Origin: Candidatus Bathyarchaeota archaeon
GTDB lineage: Archaea; Thermoproteota; Bathyarchaeia; TCS64; PIYN01
Assembly: GCA_003601775.1 (NCBI GenBank)
Contig: PIYN01000001.1
Coordinates: 27,758 to 91,757 of the forward strand
Direction of reading: 5' to 3'
Length of the DNA stretch: 64,000 nucleotides
Position numbers and translations under genes: made by a program. Under the pieces are notes generated by a model, which worked only from the letters and a program-made list of their open reading frames with translations, was not told the origin of the DNA and made no database searches. Positions 26,782 to 35,710 of this stretch are shown here, in pieces. Within the stretch, counting starts at the first letter, position 1; the number at the start of each line of letters is the position of its first letter.

Positions 26782-27723
26782 TTGAGGCATATCCTCATAG
26801 ACACGGACCCTGGGATCGACGACGCCCTCGCCCTGATCTTCGCCCTCAACTCCCCGGAGGCGGGGGTCGAGGGGGTCACGACCGTCGTGGGGAATGTCAC
26901 CCAGGAGAAGGCCCTCAAGAACGCGCTGAAGATCCTTGAGTTCCTCGGTGTCGAGGGAGTCCCCGTGGCCCCGGGGAGCACAAGGCCCCTCCTCCGGGAG
27001 CCGAGGGTCGCGGAGGAGATCCATGGGAAGACGGGGCTTGGAGGAGCCGTCCTCCCAGAGCCGAGGCTGAGGCCAGATGAGAGGTCCGCCGTGGGGCTCA
27101 TCCTCGATAAGGTGGAGGAGTTTGGGAGGGACCTGACGTTGGTCGCCATAGGTCCGCTCACCAACATCGCCTCGGCCCTCTTGGTCGAACCCCGTTTGGC
27201 GGAGGAGGTGGGGCGCCTCGTCATCATGGGGGGCGCCTTCCATGTGACGCCCTACGGGTTTGGGAACGTCACTCCCGTCGCCGAGTTCAATATCTGGCAT
27301 GACCCCGAGGCCGCGAAGATCGTCTTCGACTCCGGGATCCCCCTCACCGCCGTCGGCCTCGATGTCACCACGGACCCGAGGAACCGCCTCTCACCGGAAG
27401 CCCTCAGGGAGATTGAGGGCTTGGGCACGAGGAGGGCCTGCCTCGTCGCCGACCTCTGCCGGGACCTCGTCCACCGCTTCGGAGGCCTCAACCTCCACGA
27501 CCCCCTCGCCGTCGCCGCCGCCATCGACCCGAGGCTTGTGAGGACCAAGCCCTATGTCGTCGATGTGGAGACGAGGGGGGAGCTGACCCTTGGGATGACC
27601 ATCGCCGACCGGCGGGACCCGAGGCGTGTGTGGAGGCGGAGGGAGCCCAACGTCGACGTCTGCGTCTCCGTCGACGGGGACCGCTTTATGGAGCTATTCA
27701 TGGAGCGGGTCGTCGGGGTATGA
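26782..27723 (+). CDS. iunH: inosine-uridine preferring nucleoside hydrolase
   Basis: N-terminal DTDPGIDDALAL, the Ca-binding DxDxxxDD fingerprint of nucleoside hydrolases. 313 aa. Confidence 0.8.
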   Translation: MRHILIDTDPGIDDALALIFALNSPEAGVEGVTTVVGNVTQEKALKNALKILEFLGVEGVPVAPGSTRPLLREPRVAEEIHGKTGLGGAVLPEPRLRPDERSAVGLILDKVEEFGRDLTLVAIGPLTNIASALLVEPRLAEEVGRLVIMGGAFHVTPYGFGNVTPVAEFNIWHDPEAAKIVFDSGIPLTAVGLDVTTDPRNRLSPEALREIEGLGTRRACLVADLCRDLVHRFGGLNLHDPLAVAAAIDPRLVRTKPYVVDVETRGELTLGMTIADRRDPRRVWRRREPNVDVCVSVDGDRFMELFMERVVGV

Positions 27724-28679
27724 TCGACCTCGTCTGCTGTGGGGCCATAAACTGGGATATAACCCTCTTCGTGGAGAGGCTCCCACGCCCTGGGGAGGAG
27801 GTCCCCGTCCATGAGATCCAGAGAACCTCAGGCGGGACGGCGGCGAACGTCTCAGTGGCAGCAGCCCGCATCCTAGGCCCGGGCAGGGTAGCCTTCATCG
27901 GCGCCCTTGGCGGCGACGAGATCGCCGAGGAGCAGATCGCCATCCTCAGGGCTGAGGGGGTCGACCCATCCGGCGTCCTGAGGGTGCCGGGAAAGGAATC
28001 AGGGCAGGCCTACATCATCGTTGGTCCCGAAGGGGAGAACGAGATCCACACCTACTTCGGGGCAAACCTCCACCTCACCCCCCAATCCCTGAGAGACCAG
28101 GAGAGGCTTCGCCTCATCGAGGAGGCCAAGGTCACCGTCATCATGGACCCGCCCCTCGAGACGGCGAAGGCCCTCGCGGAGCTCTCCAAGGAGGAGGGGA
28201 ACAGGGTGATCTGGGACCCGGGCGTCTACGCGGAGCTCGGCCTCGCCGCTCTCAAGGGCATCCTCCGGAACGTCGACTACTTCATCCTCAACCACTTAGA
28301 GTTCGAGGGCCTCCTCGGGACGAGCGACCCATGGGAGGTCACGGCGAGGCTGGGGGCGGTGAACCCCAGCGTCAAGGCGGTCATTAAGAGGGGTGCGGAG
28401 GGGTGCATCCTCTGCTCCAGCGGTGAGGAGCCCACCTGGGTCAGGGCGGTCCCACTGGAGCGACTCGGGATGAGGGTGGTGAATACCGTGGGGTGTGGCG
28501 ACGCCTTCATCGGGGCCCTCGCCGCCTCCCTCGTAGAGGGCTTCGACGAGGTTGAGGCCTTGAGACGTGGCTGCGCAGCCGGGGCCTTCAAGGCGACGAG
28601 GAAGGAGACCCGAGGCGGACCGACGGCCGAGGAACTCCAGGAGTTGCTGAGGAGATGGGCGGAGCTGGAGGGGGGATAG
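27720..28679 (+). CDS. ribokinase/PfkB-family sugar or nucleoside kinase
   Basis: Has the N-terminal GG motif (VCCGAINWDI...GGTAANV). The C-terminal PfkB signature is VNTVGCGDAFIGAL. The start codon overlaps the iunH stop (ATGA). Confidence 0.75.
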   Translation: MIDLVCCGAINWDITLFVERLPRPGEEVPVHEIQRTSGGTAANVSVAAARILGPGRVAFIGALGGDEIAEEQIAILRAEGVDPSGVLRVPGKESGQAYIIVGPEGENEIHTYFGANLHLTPQSLRDQERLRLIEEAKVTVIMDPPLETAKALAELSKEEGNRVIWDPGVYAELGLAALKGILRNVDYFILNHLEFEGLLGTSDPWEVTARLGAVNPSVKAVIKRGAEGCILCSSGEEPTWVRAVPLERLGMRVVNTVGCGDAFIGALAASLVEGFDEVEALRRGCAAGAFKATRKETRGGPTAEELQELLRRWAELEGG

Positions 28680-28743
28680 CCGCCCCTTAGGGGCTCAATC
28701 AGGGCACCGTCGATTGGGATTTATGGCATGGGGGCGCTGGGCA

Positions 28744-28755
28744 ATTTATTTATAC
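28744..28755 (+). promoter_or_regulatory. TATA box of wtp operon promoter
   Basis: aTTTATTTATAc lies about 45 bp upstream of the wtpA ATG (28799) in an AT-rich spacer. Confidence 0.5.
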
Positions 28756-28765
28756 GCTTTCATCG

Positions 28766-28785
28766 ATATGTTTGTCAAAACATAT
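28766..28785 (+). promoter_or_regulatory. perfect 8-4-8 inverted repeat (ATATGTTT-gtca-AAACATAT), candidate operator for a tungstate/molybdate-responsive regulator
   Basis: Seen directly in the sequence: atatgtttgtcaaaacatat. It sits ~12 bp downstream of the TATA box and overlaps the predicted transcription start of the wtpABC operon. Confidence 0.5.
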
Positions 28786-28798
28786 TGAGGATGGGGCG

Positions 28799-29824
28799 AT
28801 GAGGGGGAAGATCCTCCTGGGGTTGGTCTTGGCCGCCGTGGTGGCCTTGGGGCTCTTCCTCGGCCCCCTGTCGAGGCGGGGGGTCGTCCTGAGGGTCTTC
28901 TGTGCCGGGAGCCTCACCCTGCCCCTGGAGGAGATCAAGGGGGAGTTCGAGCGACAGCATCAGGACGTCAGGGTTGAGATCGAGCCCTCGGGGAGCGTCG
29001 CCTGCGTGAGGAAGGTCGTCGAGGTCGGTAAGGCCGCGGACGTCGTCGCCGTGGCGGACCATAGACTCATCCCCACCATGATGATGCCGGAACACGCCGA
29101 CTGGTACATCGTCTTCGCCACGAATCAGATGGTCCTGGCCTACTCGAATAGCAGCCGGCACGCGGGGGAGGTCAACTCCATCAACTGGTACGAGGTCCTA
29201 CGGGACCCGGAGGTCCGGTGGGGCTTCTCGAACCCCAACATCGACCCCTGCGGCTACAGGGCCCTGATGGTGATCCAGCTCGCGGAGTGGCTGTACAACG
29301 ACTCCAGCATCTTCGACGACCTCATCATCGAGAACACGGCCATCAAGGCCTCGGAGGAGGGTGGCAGGTGCTCCATCCTGGTCCTAAAGGACCTTGAGCC
29401 GAACAGCAAGCGGGTCACTGTCCGAGATAAGTCCGTCGATCTCCTATCCCTCTTGGAGGAGGGGGGGCTGGATTATGCCTTCGAGTACCTCAGCGTCGCC
29501 GTACAGCACAACCTCAACTACGTGGTCCTCCCTCCAGCCATCGACCTCAGCGACCTCAGTAGAGCTGAGGAGTATGGGAGGGTCGTCGTCACCCTCGCCT
29601 CTGGAGAGAACATCATGGGGGCGCCGATAACCTACGGTGTCACGATACCGAAGAATGCTCCGAATAGGGATCTCGCCGAGGAGTTCATTGAGTTCCTGAT
29701 CGGCGACCCCGGGAGGGAGGTCTTCTCAAGGCTCGGGCAGCCCTCTCTCTCACCGGCGGTTGCCAGCGATCTGGAGGCCCTCCCCCCCTCCCTCAGGCCC
29801 TACTGCGAGGAGGCGTCTCCATGA
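28799..29824 (+). CDS. wtpA: tungstate/molybdate ABC transporter substrate-binding protein (WtpA/ModA-like)
   Basis: An N-terminal signal/TM anchor, then FCAGSLTLPLEE...PSGSVACVRKV...VADHRLIP. This is the periplasmic-binding-protein type II fold of the ModA/WtpA family. It is the first gene of a three-gene ABC operon next to Moco biosynthesis. Confidence 0.7.
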   Translation: MRGKILLGLVLAAVVALGLFLGPLSRRGVVLRVFCAGSLTLPLEEIKGEFERQHQDVRVEIEPSGSVACVRKVVEVGKAADVVAVADHRLIPTMMMPEHADWYIVFATNQMVLAYSNSSRHAGEVNSINWYEVLRDPEVRWGFSNPNIDPCGYRALMVIQLAEWLYNDSSIFDDLIIENTAIKASEEGGRCSILVLKDLEPNSKRVTVRDKSVDLLSLLEEGGLDYAFEYLSVAVQHNLNYVVLPPAIDLSDLSRAEEYGRVVVTLASGENIMGAPITYGVTIPKNAPNRDLAEEFIEFLIGDPGREVFSRLGQPSLSPAVASDLEALPPSLRPYCEEASP

Positions 29825-30627
29825 GGGGCTTAGATCTTCTCAGGCGCTACCCCCTCTCCGTGCTCTTCGCCGCCGTCGGCTCCCTGCTCCTCCTCTTCAC
29901 CGTCGTCGTCCTCTTTAACATGGTCTTCAGGCAGGTGGTCCTCAGGCCTGAGGGCCTCCTTGAGGCCGTCCGGGACCCCACAGTGATCCGCTCCATAGGC
30001 CTCACGATGTACGCCTCCCTCATGGCCACCCTCATCGCCGTCTCCCTTGGGACGCCCCTCGCCTACCTCCTCGCGAGGCATAGGTTCCCGGGGAAGAGCC
30101 TGGCGGAGGCCCTCGTCGACGTCCCCGTCGTCATCCCCCACAGCGTCGCGGGGATCGCCCTCTACGCCCTCTTCATGAGACACGGCGCCGTGGGGCGGGC
30201 CTTCTCCAGGCTGGGGGTCGTCTTCGAGGACTCCCTCTGGGGGGTCGTCGTCGCGATGCTCTTCGTCAGCGCTCCCTTCTACATCAACGCCGCCCGAGAA
30301 GGCTTCCGAGGTGTCGATCCGAGGTTGGAGAGGGTGGCGAGGAGCCTCGGCGCCGGGCAGTGGACGACCTTCTACAGGGTGACCCTTCCCCTCTCCCTCA
30401 GGAGCCTCATCTCGGGGGCGGTGATGTCCTGGGCCCGGGGGATCAGCGAGTTCGGCGCCATCATCTTCCTCGCCTACTACCCCATGGTCGCCCCCACCCT
30501 CATCTACTACAGGTTCACTATCCACGGCCTCACCGGCTCCCAGCCCGTCGCCGTCCTCCTCATCCTCCTCTGCCTCGCCATCTTCCTCGCCCTCCGCCTC
30601 TACACACGCCCAAGGAGAGGAAGGTGA
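29821..30627 (+). CDS. wtpB: tungstate/molybdate ABC transporter permease
   Basis: A 6-TM permease with the ABC-2 EAA-like loop (ARSLGAGQWTTFYRVTLP). It overlaps its neighbours at both ends (ATGA). Confidence 0.7.
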   Translation: MRGLDLLRRYPLSVLFAAVGSLLLLFTVVVLFNMVFRQVVLRPEGLLEAVRDPTVIRSIGLTMYASLMATLIAVSLGTPLAYLLARHRFPGKSLAEALVDVPVVIPHSVAGIALYALFMRHGAVGRAFSRLGVVFEDSLWGVVVAMLFVSAPFYINAAREGFRGVDPRLERVARSLGAGQWTTFYRVTLPLSLRSLISGAVMSWARGISEFGAIIFLAYYPMVAPTLIYYRFTIHGLTGSQPVAVLLILLCLAIFLALRLYTRPRRGR

Positions 30628-31676
30628 TGATCGTCCTCGAGGGGGTGAGCCTCACACTCGGCTCCTTCCAACTCAGGAGGATCAGCCTCAGGGTGGAGAG
30701 GGGGGAGTACTTCATCGTTCTCGGGCCGACGGGGGCCGGGAAGACCCTCCTCCTCGAGACCATAGCGGGCTTCCACACCCCGAGGGAGGGGCGGATCCTC
30801 ATAGATGGGGTGGACATGACCTACGCCCCGCCCGAGGAGCGGGGGATCGGCTTCGTCTACCAGGACTACCTCCTCTTCCCCCACTTGACGGTGGAGGAGA
30901 ACATCTCCTTCGGCCTGAGGGCGCGGGGACTCGCAGAGGAGGAGATCAGGGAGAGGGTCGCCCAAGTCATGAAGTCCCTCGGCATCCCACACCTCAGGGG
31001 CAGGTACCCGTCAACGCTCTCAGGGGGGGAGCAGCAGAGGGTCGCCCTCGCCAGAGCCCTGGCCATCTCCCCCAAGGTCCTCCTGCTGGATGAGCCCCTC
31101 AGCGCCCTCGACCCCCAGACGAGAGAGACGTTGAGGAGGGAGTTGAGGAGGGTGCACGAGTCCCTGGGGACGACGACGATCCACGTGACCCATGACAGGG
31201 TGGAGGCCCTCACGCTGGGCGATAGGGTGGCCGTCCTGATGGGGGGTGAGGTCGTTCAGGTGGGGGCGCCCGAGGAGGTCTTCGAGAGGCCTGGGGGGGT
31301 GGAGGTGGCGGAGTTCCTGGGCGTTGAGAACATCCTCAGCGGCGTGGTGAGGGCAAACAGGGGTGGCATAGCCGTCGTGGAGACCGAGGGTTTCCAAGTC
31401 ACCGCCATCTCCCCTATAGAGAGCGGCGAGGTGACCCTCTTCATCAGGCCCGAGAACATCATCCTCTCACGGAGCCGCCTGGAGAGCAGCGCGAGGAACT
31501 GCGTGGAGGGGCGGGTCACGGAGGTCACCCCCCTCGGCCCCACCGTCCTCGTCCACCTCGACAACGGGCTGAAGGCATCGATCACGAGGAGGTCCCTCGA
31601 GGAGATGGGGCTACGCCCCGGGAGGAGGGTCTACGCCTACTTCAAGGCAACCTCTGTCCACGTCGTCCCCAAGTAG
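30627..31676 (+). CDS. wtpC: tungstate/molybdate ABC transporter ATP-binding protein with C-terminal TOBE-like domain
   Basis: Walker A GPTGAGKT, signature LSGGEQQRVALARAL, Walker B LLLDEPLSALD, H-loop, plus a C-terminal MOP/TOBE-like beta domain. I used the internal ATG (MIVLEGV) as the start, not the long Pro/His-rich extension in the track ORF. Confidence 0.75.
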   Translation: MIVLEGVSLTLGSFQLRRISLRVERGEYFIVLGPTGAGKTLLLETIAGFHTPREGRILIDGVDMTYAPPEERGIGFVYQDYLLFPHLTVEENISFGLRARGLAEEEIRERVAQVMKSLGIPHLRGRYPSTLSGGEQQRVALARALAISPKVLLLDEPLSALDPQTRETLRRELRRVHESLGTTTIHVTHDRVEALTLGDRVAVLMGGEVVQVGAPEEVFERPGGVEVAEFLGVENILSGVVRANRGGIAVVETEGFQVTAISPIESGEVTLFIRPENIILSRSRLESSARNCVEGRVTEVTPLGPTVLVHLDNGLKASITRRSLEEMGLRPGRRVYAYFKATSVHVVPK

Positions 31677-31698
31677 GAGGCTAACTGAGGGACGAGGG

Positions 31699-32049
31699 TC
31701 AGACGAGGAAGGAGCGCCTCTCCTCCTTACGCTTCTGGACCTCGGGGATCTTCCCGAACTGCTTCTCATACTGGTTCAGGGTCTGGGTGAGCCAGTTCAG
31801 CAGACCCTTCGCCTGCATCGGCGTCAACACCAGCCTGCACTGCAGCGTCCTCCTGATGTAGACCTTGCTGCTGTCCGGGATGACCGAGGCCAGGGCCTCG
31901 TCGGCGCACATCTCATCCGTGTAGCAGATCATCTCGAAGAGGCCCGAGCGACTCCCCCCGAAGACCCCATCCACGATGACCGTCTTATAGTCCTCAGCCC
32001 TCACCGTCTCAACCCTGAGATCCCTCGGCTGGATCTTCCCCTGGAACAT
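31699..32049 (-). CDS. small conserved hypothetical protein
   Basis: A 116-aa ORF, last in a co-directional four-gene minus-strand cluster (34954 to 31699). No motif I can assign. Confidence 0.35.
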   Translation of the reverse strand: MFQGKIQPRDLRVETVRAEDYKTVIVDGVFGGSRSGLFEMICYTDEMCADEALASVIPDSSKVYIRRTLQCRLVLTPMQAKGLLNWLTQTLNQYEKQFGKIPEVQKRKEERRSFLV

Positions 32050-32124
32050 CTCGGATCATCAGAGAAGAGTGGGGTGCTGGATAAATAAGGTTCTCGCTCT
32101 GGAAGGTCAAAAAGAGGGGGAGGG

Positions 32125-33591
32125 TCACCTCTTCCTCTTCGCCGCCTCGGCGGCGGCCCTCGCCACCTCGAGTGGGGGTCTCACCTCCTCGGGGATAGGC
32201 GACCTGTAGGTCCTACCCTTCAGACGCTCCCTGAACTCCTCCTGCGCTCTCCTCAGCAGTTCCGACCTCGTCAGTAGATCCAGCGCGGCCCCGGCGATGG
32301 TCTTCGCCGCGAAGAGGAGGGACTTGTGCCCGATGCTCATCCCCGCGCAGGCGACCGCCTGCCAGGAGTGCCCCGGGGTGCCGAGGACGAAGGTCGTGGT
32401 CCCGAACTCCATCGTCGGCGCCTTCCAGCTGACGTCTCCGACGTCCGTCGAGGCCGGCATCACCATTCCCTCGTCCCAGGGGTCGATGACCTCCTGGACG
32501 AGGTCCACGTCCATGTACCTCTCCCAGTTGGGGAACCTGATCCTCCTCAGCGCATCCCTCTTCTGCTCCCTCGGGACCGTCTCCCCGATCCTCCGAGCGA
32601 ACTCCAGCTCCTCCTCCGTGTACCTCGGCGGCCCTATCTCCCGCATATTCGCCAGGACCACCTCGCTCAGGGTCCTGTTGGGGAGGAGGTTGTAGCATCC
32701 GCCGAGGAACTCGACCCTATGGGTGGTCCCCGCCATGAGGTCCGCCCCATCCGCGATCCTCAGGACCCATTCGTAGATCTCCTCCACCTGATCCCGCTCA
32801 GGGGCGCGGATGTAGTACCAGCTCCTCGCGTAGTCGGGGACGACGTTGGGCTGGCCGCCCCCCACCTCGATGACGTAGTGTATCCTCGCCTTATCGATGA
32901 TGTGCTCCCGCATGTAGTTGACCCCGATATTCATCAACTCGACCGCGTCGAGGGCGCTCCTCCCCTGCTCCGGGGAGCCGGCGGCGTGGGATGCCTTTCC
33001 ATAGAAGTGGAACTTCACGGAGTTCATGGCGTTGCTACTCCCCAGCCTCGCCGTGTTCACCTGTCCCGGGTGATGGCTCAGGCAGGCATCCACCCCATCG
33101 AAGAGCCCGGCGCGGACCATGAAGACCTTCCCATCATAGTTCTCCTCCGCGGGGCACCCGAAGAACTTCACCGTTCCAGAGATCCCCGCCGCCTCCATCG
33201 CCACCTTGACGGCTATGGCCCCAGCCATCCCCGAGGTCCCATGGATGTTATGGCCGCAGCCGTGGCCGGGAGCCCCCTCCTCCAGCGGCTCCTTGTAGGG
33301 CACCGGCTTCTGCGACAACCCAGGCAGGGCGTCATACTCCCCCATGATCCCGATGACGGGGCGGCCGCTCCCCCAGGTGGCGACGAAGGCCGTCGGCATC
33401 CCCGCGACCCCTCTCTCCACCCTGAAGTCGTGGCGCTCCAGCTCGTCGGCCAGGAGCTTCGAGGACCTATACTCGACGAGGCCGAGCTCCGCGTACCCCC
33501 AGATCCTGTCGCTGATCTCTATAATTCGGTCCCTGTTCTCCTCTATCCACCTCCAAGCCCTCTCCTTCACTTTATTCACCTCCATTTTCAT
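32125..33591 (-). CDS. M20-family metal-dependent amidohydrolase (AbgB/hippuricase subgroup)
   Basis: Has the M20D metal-binding motif HGCGHN, the GTVKFFGCPAEE motif and a dimerisation domain. 488 aa. Confidence 0.7.
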   Translation of the reverse strand: MKMEVNKVKERAWRWIEENRDRIIEISDRIWGYAELGLVEYRSSKLLADELERHDFRVERGVAGMPTAFVATWGSGRPVIGIMGEYDALPGLSQKPVPYKEPLEEGAPGHGCGHNIHGTSGMAGAIAVKVAMEAAGISGTVKFFGCPAEENYDGKVFMVRAGLFDGVDACLSHHPGQVNTARLGSSNAMNSVKFHFYGKASHAAGSPEQGRSALDAVELMNIGVNYMREHIIDKARIHYVIEVGGGQPNVVPDYARSWYYIRAPERDQVEEIYEWVLRIADGADLMAGTTHRVEFLGGCYNLLPNRTLSEVVLANMREIGPPRYTEEELEFARRIGETVPREQKRDALRRIRFPNWERYMDVDLVQEVIDPWDEGMVMPASTDVGDVSWKAPTMEFGTTTFVLGTPGHSWQAVACAGMSIGHKSLLFAAKTIAGAALDLLTRSELLRRAQEEFRERLKGRTYRSPIPEEVRPPLEVARAAAEAAKRKR

Positions 33592-33634
33592 GCCGTCCTA
33601 AAATCTGGTGCATCCATTAAAAAGTGAGGCCATC

Positions 33635-34090
33635 TCACTCCTGGCTGATCTCGTATCGGCACTCCCGGTCCCCCTCTAAGACCCAGCTCCTCCGCTCGAC
33701 CTTTATCCTCGGGTTATACCCTACGTACTTCCAGATATCGACGTCGCAGTAGAGCTTACAGAGGTCTACGGCCCCCTTCTCGAGCCAGACCTCGGCGAAG
33801 GGGCAGTAGGATTCCCGGGTCGGTCCGCTCCAACCGATCTCGGGGAGGTCTGCGGCCTTTCGATAGTTCTCCAGCGTTGGCTCGAGGCCCATCGCCACCA
33901 CCTTCTCCTTGATCTGCTGGGCCCTATCGAGCCCGAAACGCTTCACCGCCTCCCTCACCAGCGCTTTCCCCCTCTCCTCTCCGAGCTCCTCGACGAGGAG
34001 GTTGGCGAAGTGGTAAAACATCAGCCCGAAGAGGCGTCCGAGTCTACGGACCTGCTCGGTCGCCTCCTCCCGGGTATAGACCTCCTTCAA
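33635..34090 (-). CDS. Cys-containing small protein of unknown function
   Basis: 151 aa with conserved-looking cysteines (CPFAEVW...CKLYCDVD). It lies between the nitroreductase and the M20 hydrolase on the same strand, with 7-bp and 44-bp spacers. Confidence 0.35.
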   Translation of the reverse strand: MKEVYTREEATEQVRRLGRLFGLMFYHFANLLVEELGEERGKALVREAVKRFGLDRAQQIKEKVVAMGLEPTLENYRKAADLPEIGWSGPTRESYCPFAEVWLEKGAVDLCKLYCDVDIWKYVGYNPRIKVERRSWVLEGDRECRYEISQE

Positions 34091-34096
34091 CTTCTA

Positions 34097-34954
34097 TCAC
34101 CCCCTCCCTATGATGACCTCGTCGCGACTCATCCGCGCGGACTTGATGGGTGCCTCCGCCGGCCATCCGACGACGATGTGGCACCGGGTCACGAAGGTCT
34201 CGGGGAGGCCGAAGTACTCCCCGATCCTCCTCTGGGTCTCCTCCCCGTGGGTGAGCCAGACCCCGCCGAGGCCGAGGGCGTGGGCCATGAGGAGCATGTG
34301 ATCCGCGGCCGCGGCGGCATCGTAGTAGATGTTCTGGGGCACCCTCTTATCGAAGCCGAGGGCCTGGTAGACATGCATATCTTGGCAGACGAGGATCATG
34401 ACGCCGTTCTCTATGGGTATATCACTGCTGACCAGCCTCTGCTCCTCGGGATCTCGGAGGACGATGAACCTCGTCGACCCGACGTTGCACCCTTGGGGTG
34501 CCATCAACCCCGCGTATAGGATCTTCCTTATCATCTCCTCCGGCACCGGACGAGGCGCCCACTGCCTGATGGATCGGCGGCCGAAGAGGAGCTTCTCCAC
34601 GACCCTCATCTCCTCCTCCGTGAAGGGTTTAGGCAGCTTCGTCTCCAGCTTGACGGTCCCCCCTGACCTGAGGACCTTGGCCAACCGGAGGTAGTTCACC
34701 ACCCACCTTATGTCGGGGGCGTCCATCGGCAACCCCCTCCTCCTCCAGAGGTCGAGTAGAAACTCGACGGTCTCACCGAAGTCCCTTGGGACCTCCATCT
34801 TCCCCGCGAGGATGCGGTAGATGAGGACCTCGATGGTGTGGTGGGTCCGCTCATGGATCAGCGTCCGCAGCACCACCGGGTCCACCCTCGTCAGCTCCTC
34901 CTCAGTGAAGCCGAAGACGCCCTTGGGCTTGCTCACCATACTCACCAAACCCAA
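34097..34954 (-). CDS. nitroreductase-family flavoprotein with ~110-aa N-terminal helical extension
   Basis: The C-terminal 170 aa matches the nitroreductase fold (RRSIRQW...PAPQGCNVGSTRFIVL...). The N-terminal domain has no match I can assign. Confidence 0.6.
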   Translation of the reverse strand: MGLVSMVSKPKGVFGFTEEELTRVDPVVLRTLIHERTHHTIEVLIYRILAGKMEVPRDFGETVEFLLDLWRRRGLPMDAPDIRWVVNYLRLAKVLRSGGTVKLETKLPKPFTEEEMRVVEKLLFGRRSIRQWAPRPVPEEMIRKILYAGLMAPQGCNVGSTRFIVLRDPEEQRLVSSDIPIENGVMILVCQDMHVYQALGFDKRVPQNIYYDAAAAADHMLLMAHALGLGGVWLTHGEETQRRIGEYFGLPETFVTRCHIVVGWPAEAPIKSARMSRDEVIIGRG

Positions 34955-35049
34955 TTAGTCGACAACCTTTAAAGAGCCTATCCATCCCTCGATCATCTGG
35001 GGGAACTAAAAAGCGGGGGAAGGAGATCGCCTGTTCAGAGGGTGAGAGA

Positions 35050-35658
35050 TTGAGGGTCGAGGACCGGCTGAGGGAGCTCCGGAGCTTCCCGGAGGAGCTT
35101 GGGATAGATGTGAGGACCCCTGAGGGGCGGTTCAAGTGGTTCCTCGCCTCTCTTCTCTTCGCGAAGAGGATCTCCGCTGAGATAGCCAAGAGGACCTACC
35201 TGAGGTTCGAGGAGGAGGGGCTGACGACCCCTGAGCGCATCCTGGAGGCCGGCTGGGACAGGCTGGTCGAGGTCCTGGACTCAGGGGGCTACGTGAGATA
35301 CGACTTCTCGACGGCCTCACGCCTCCTCGAGAACATGGAGAAGCTGCTCAAAGTCTACGGCGACCTGGAGGAGCTCCACAGACGCTCCAGAGACCCCAGG
35401 GACTTGGAGAGGCGGCTCAGGGAGTTCAAGGGCCTCGGACCCGTGGGGGTGAACATCTTCCTCAGGGAGCTCAGAGGGATATGGCCCAAGGCCAGGCCAG
35501 AGCCCTCCAAGATCGCCGTGGATATGGGGGAGAGGCTGGGCCTGGAGGATCCCGTGCCCTATGAGTCTGCCCTGGTGAGGGTGAGGCTCGAGTACTGTAA
35601 GAGGCGTCGATGTGGGGAGTGCCCGGTCAGGGACTACTGTAGGGAGCCCTTGGCCTGA
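35050..35658 (+). CDS. HhH-type DNA glycosylase-like protein with C-terminal Cys cluster (tentative)
   Basis: A GLGPVGVNIFLRELRG helix-hairpin-helix-like element and a C-terminal CKRRRCGECPVRDYC motif. The assignment is weak. Confidence 0.35.
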   Translation: MRVEDRLRELRSFPEELGIDVRTPEGRFKWFLASLLFAKRISAEIAKRTYLRFEEEGLTTPERILEAGWDRLVEVLDSGGYVRYDFSTASRLLENMEKLLKVYGDLEELHRRSRDPRDLERRLREFKGLGPVGVNIFLRELRGIWPKARPEPSKIAVDMGERLGLEDPVPYESALVRVRLEYCKRRRCGECPVRDYCREPLA

Positions 35659-35710
35659 CCTCCGAGGATCGCAACTTTCTTACCTTCCCCCTCCCCAGTG
35701 ATCCCTGGGG

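Noticed and set aside
30360-30626. N-terminal 89-codon Pro/His/Arg-rich extension of the ABC ATPase ORF
   Set aside because: The extension overlaps the permease gene in another frame and is low complexity. The conserved ABC N-terminus begins at the internal ATG at 30627.
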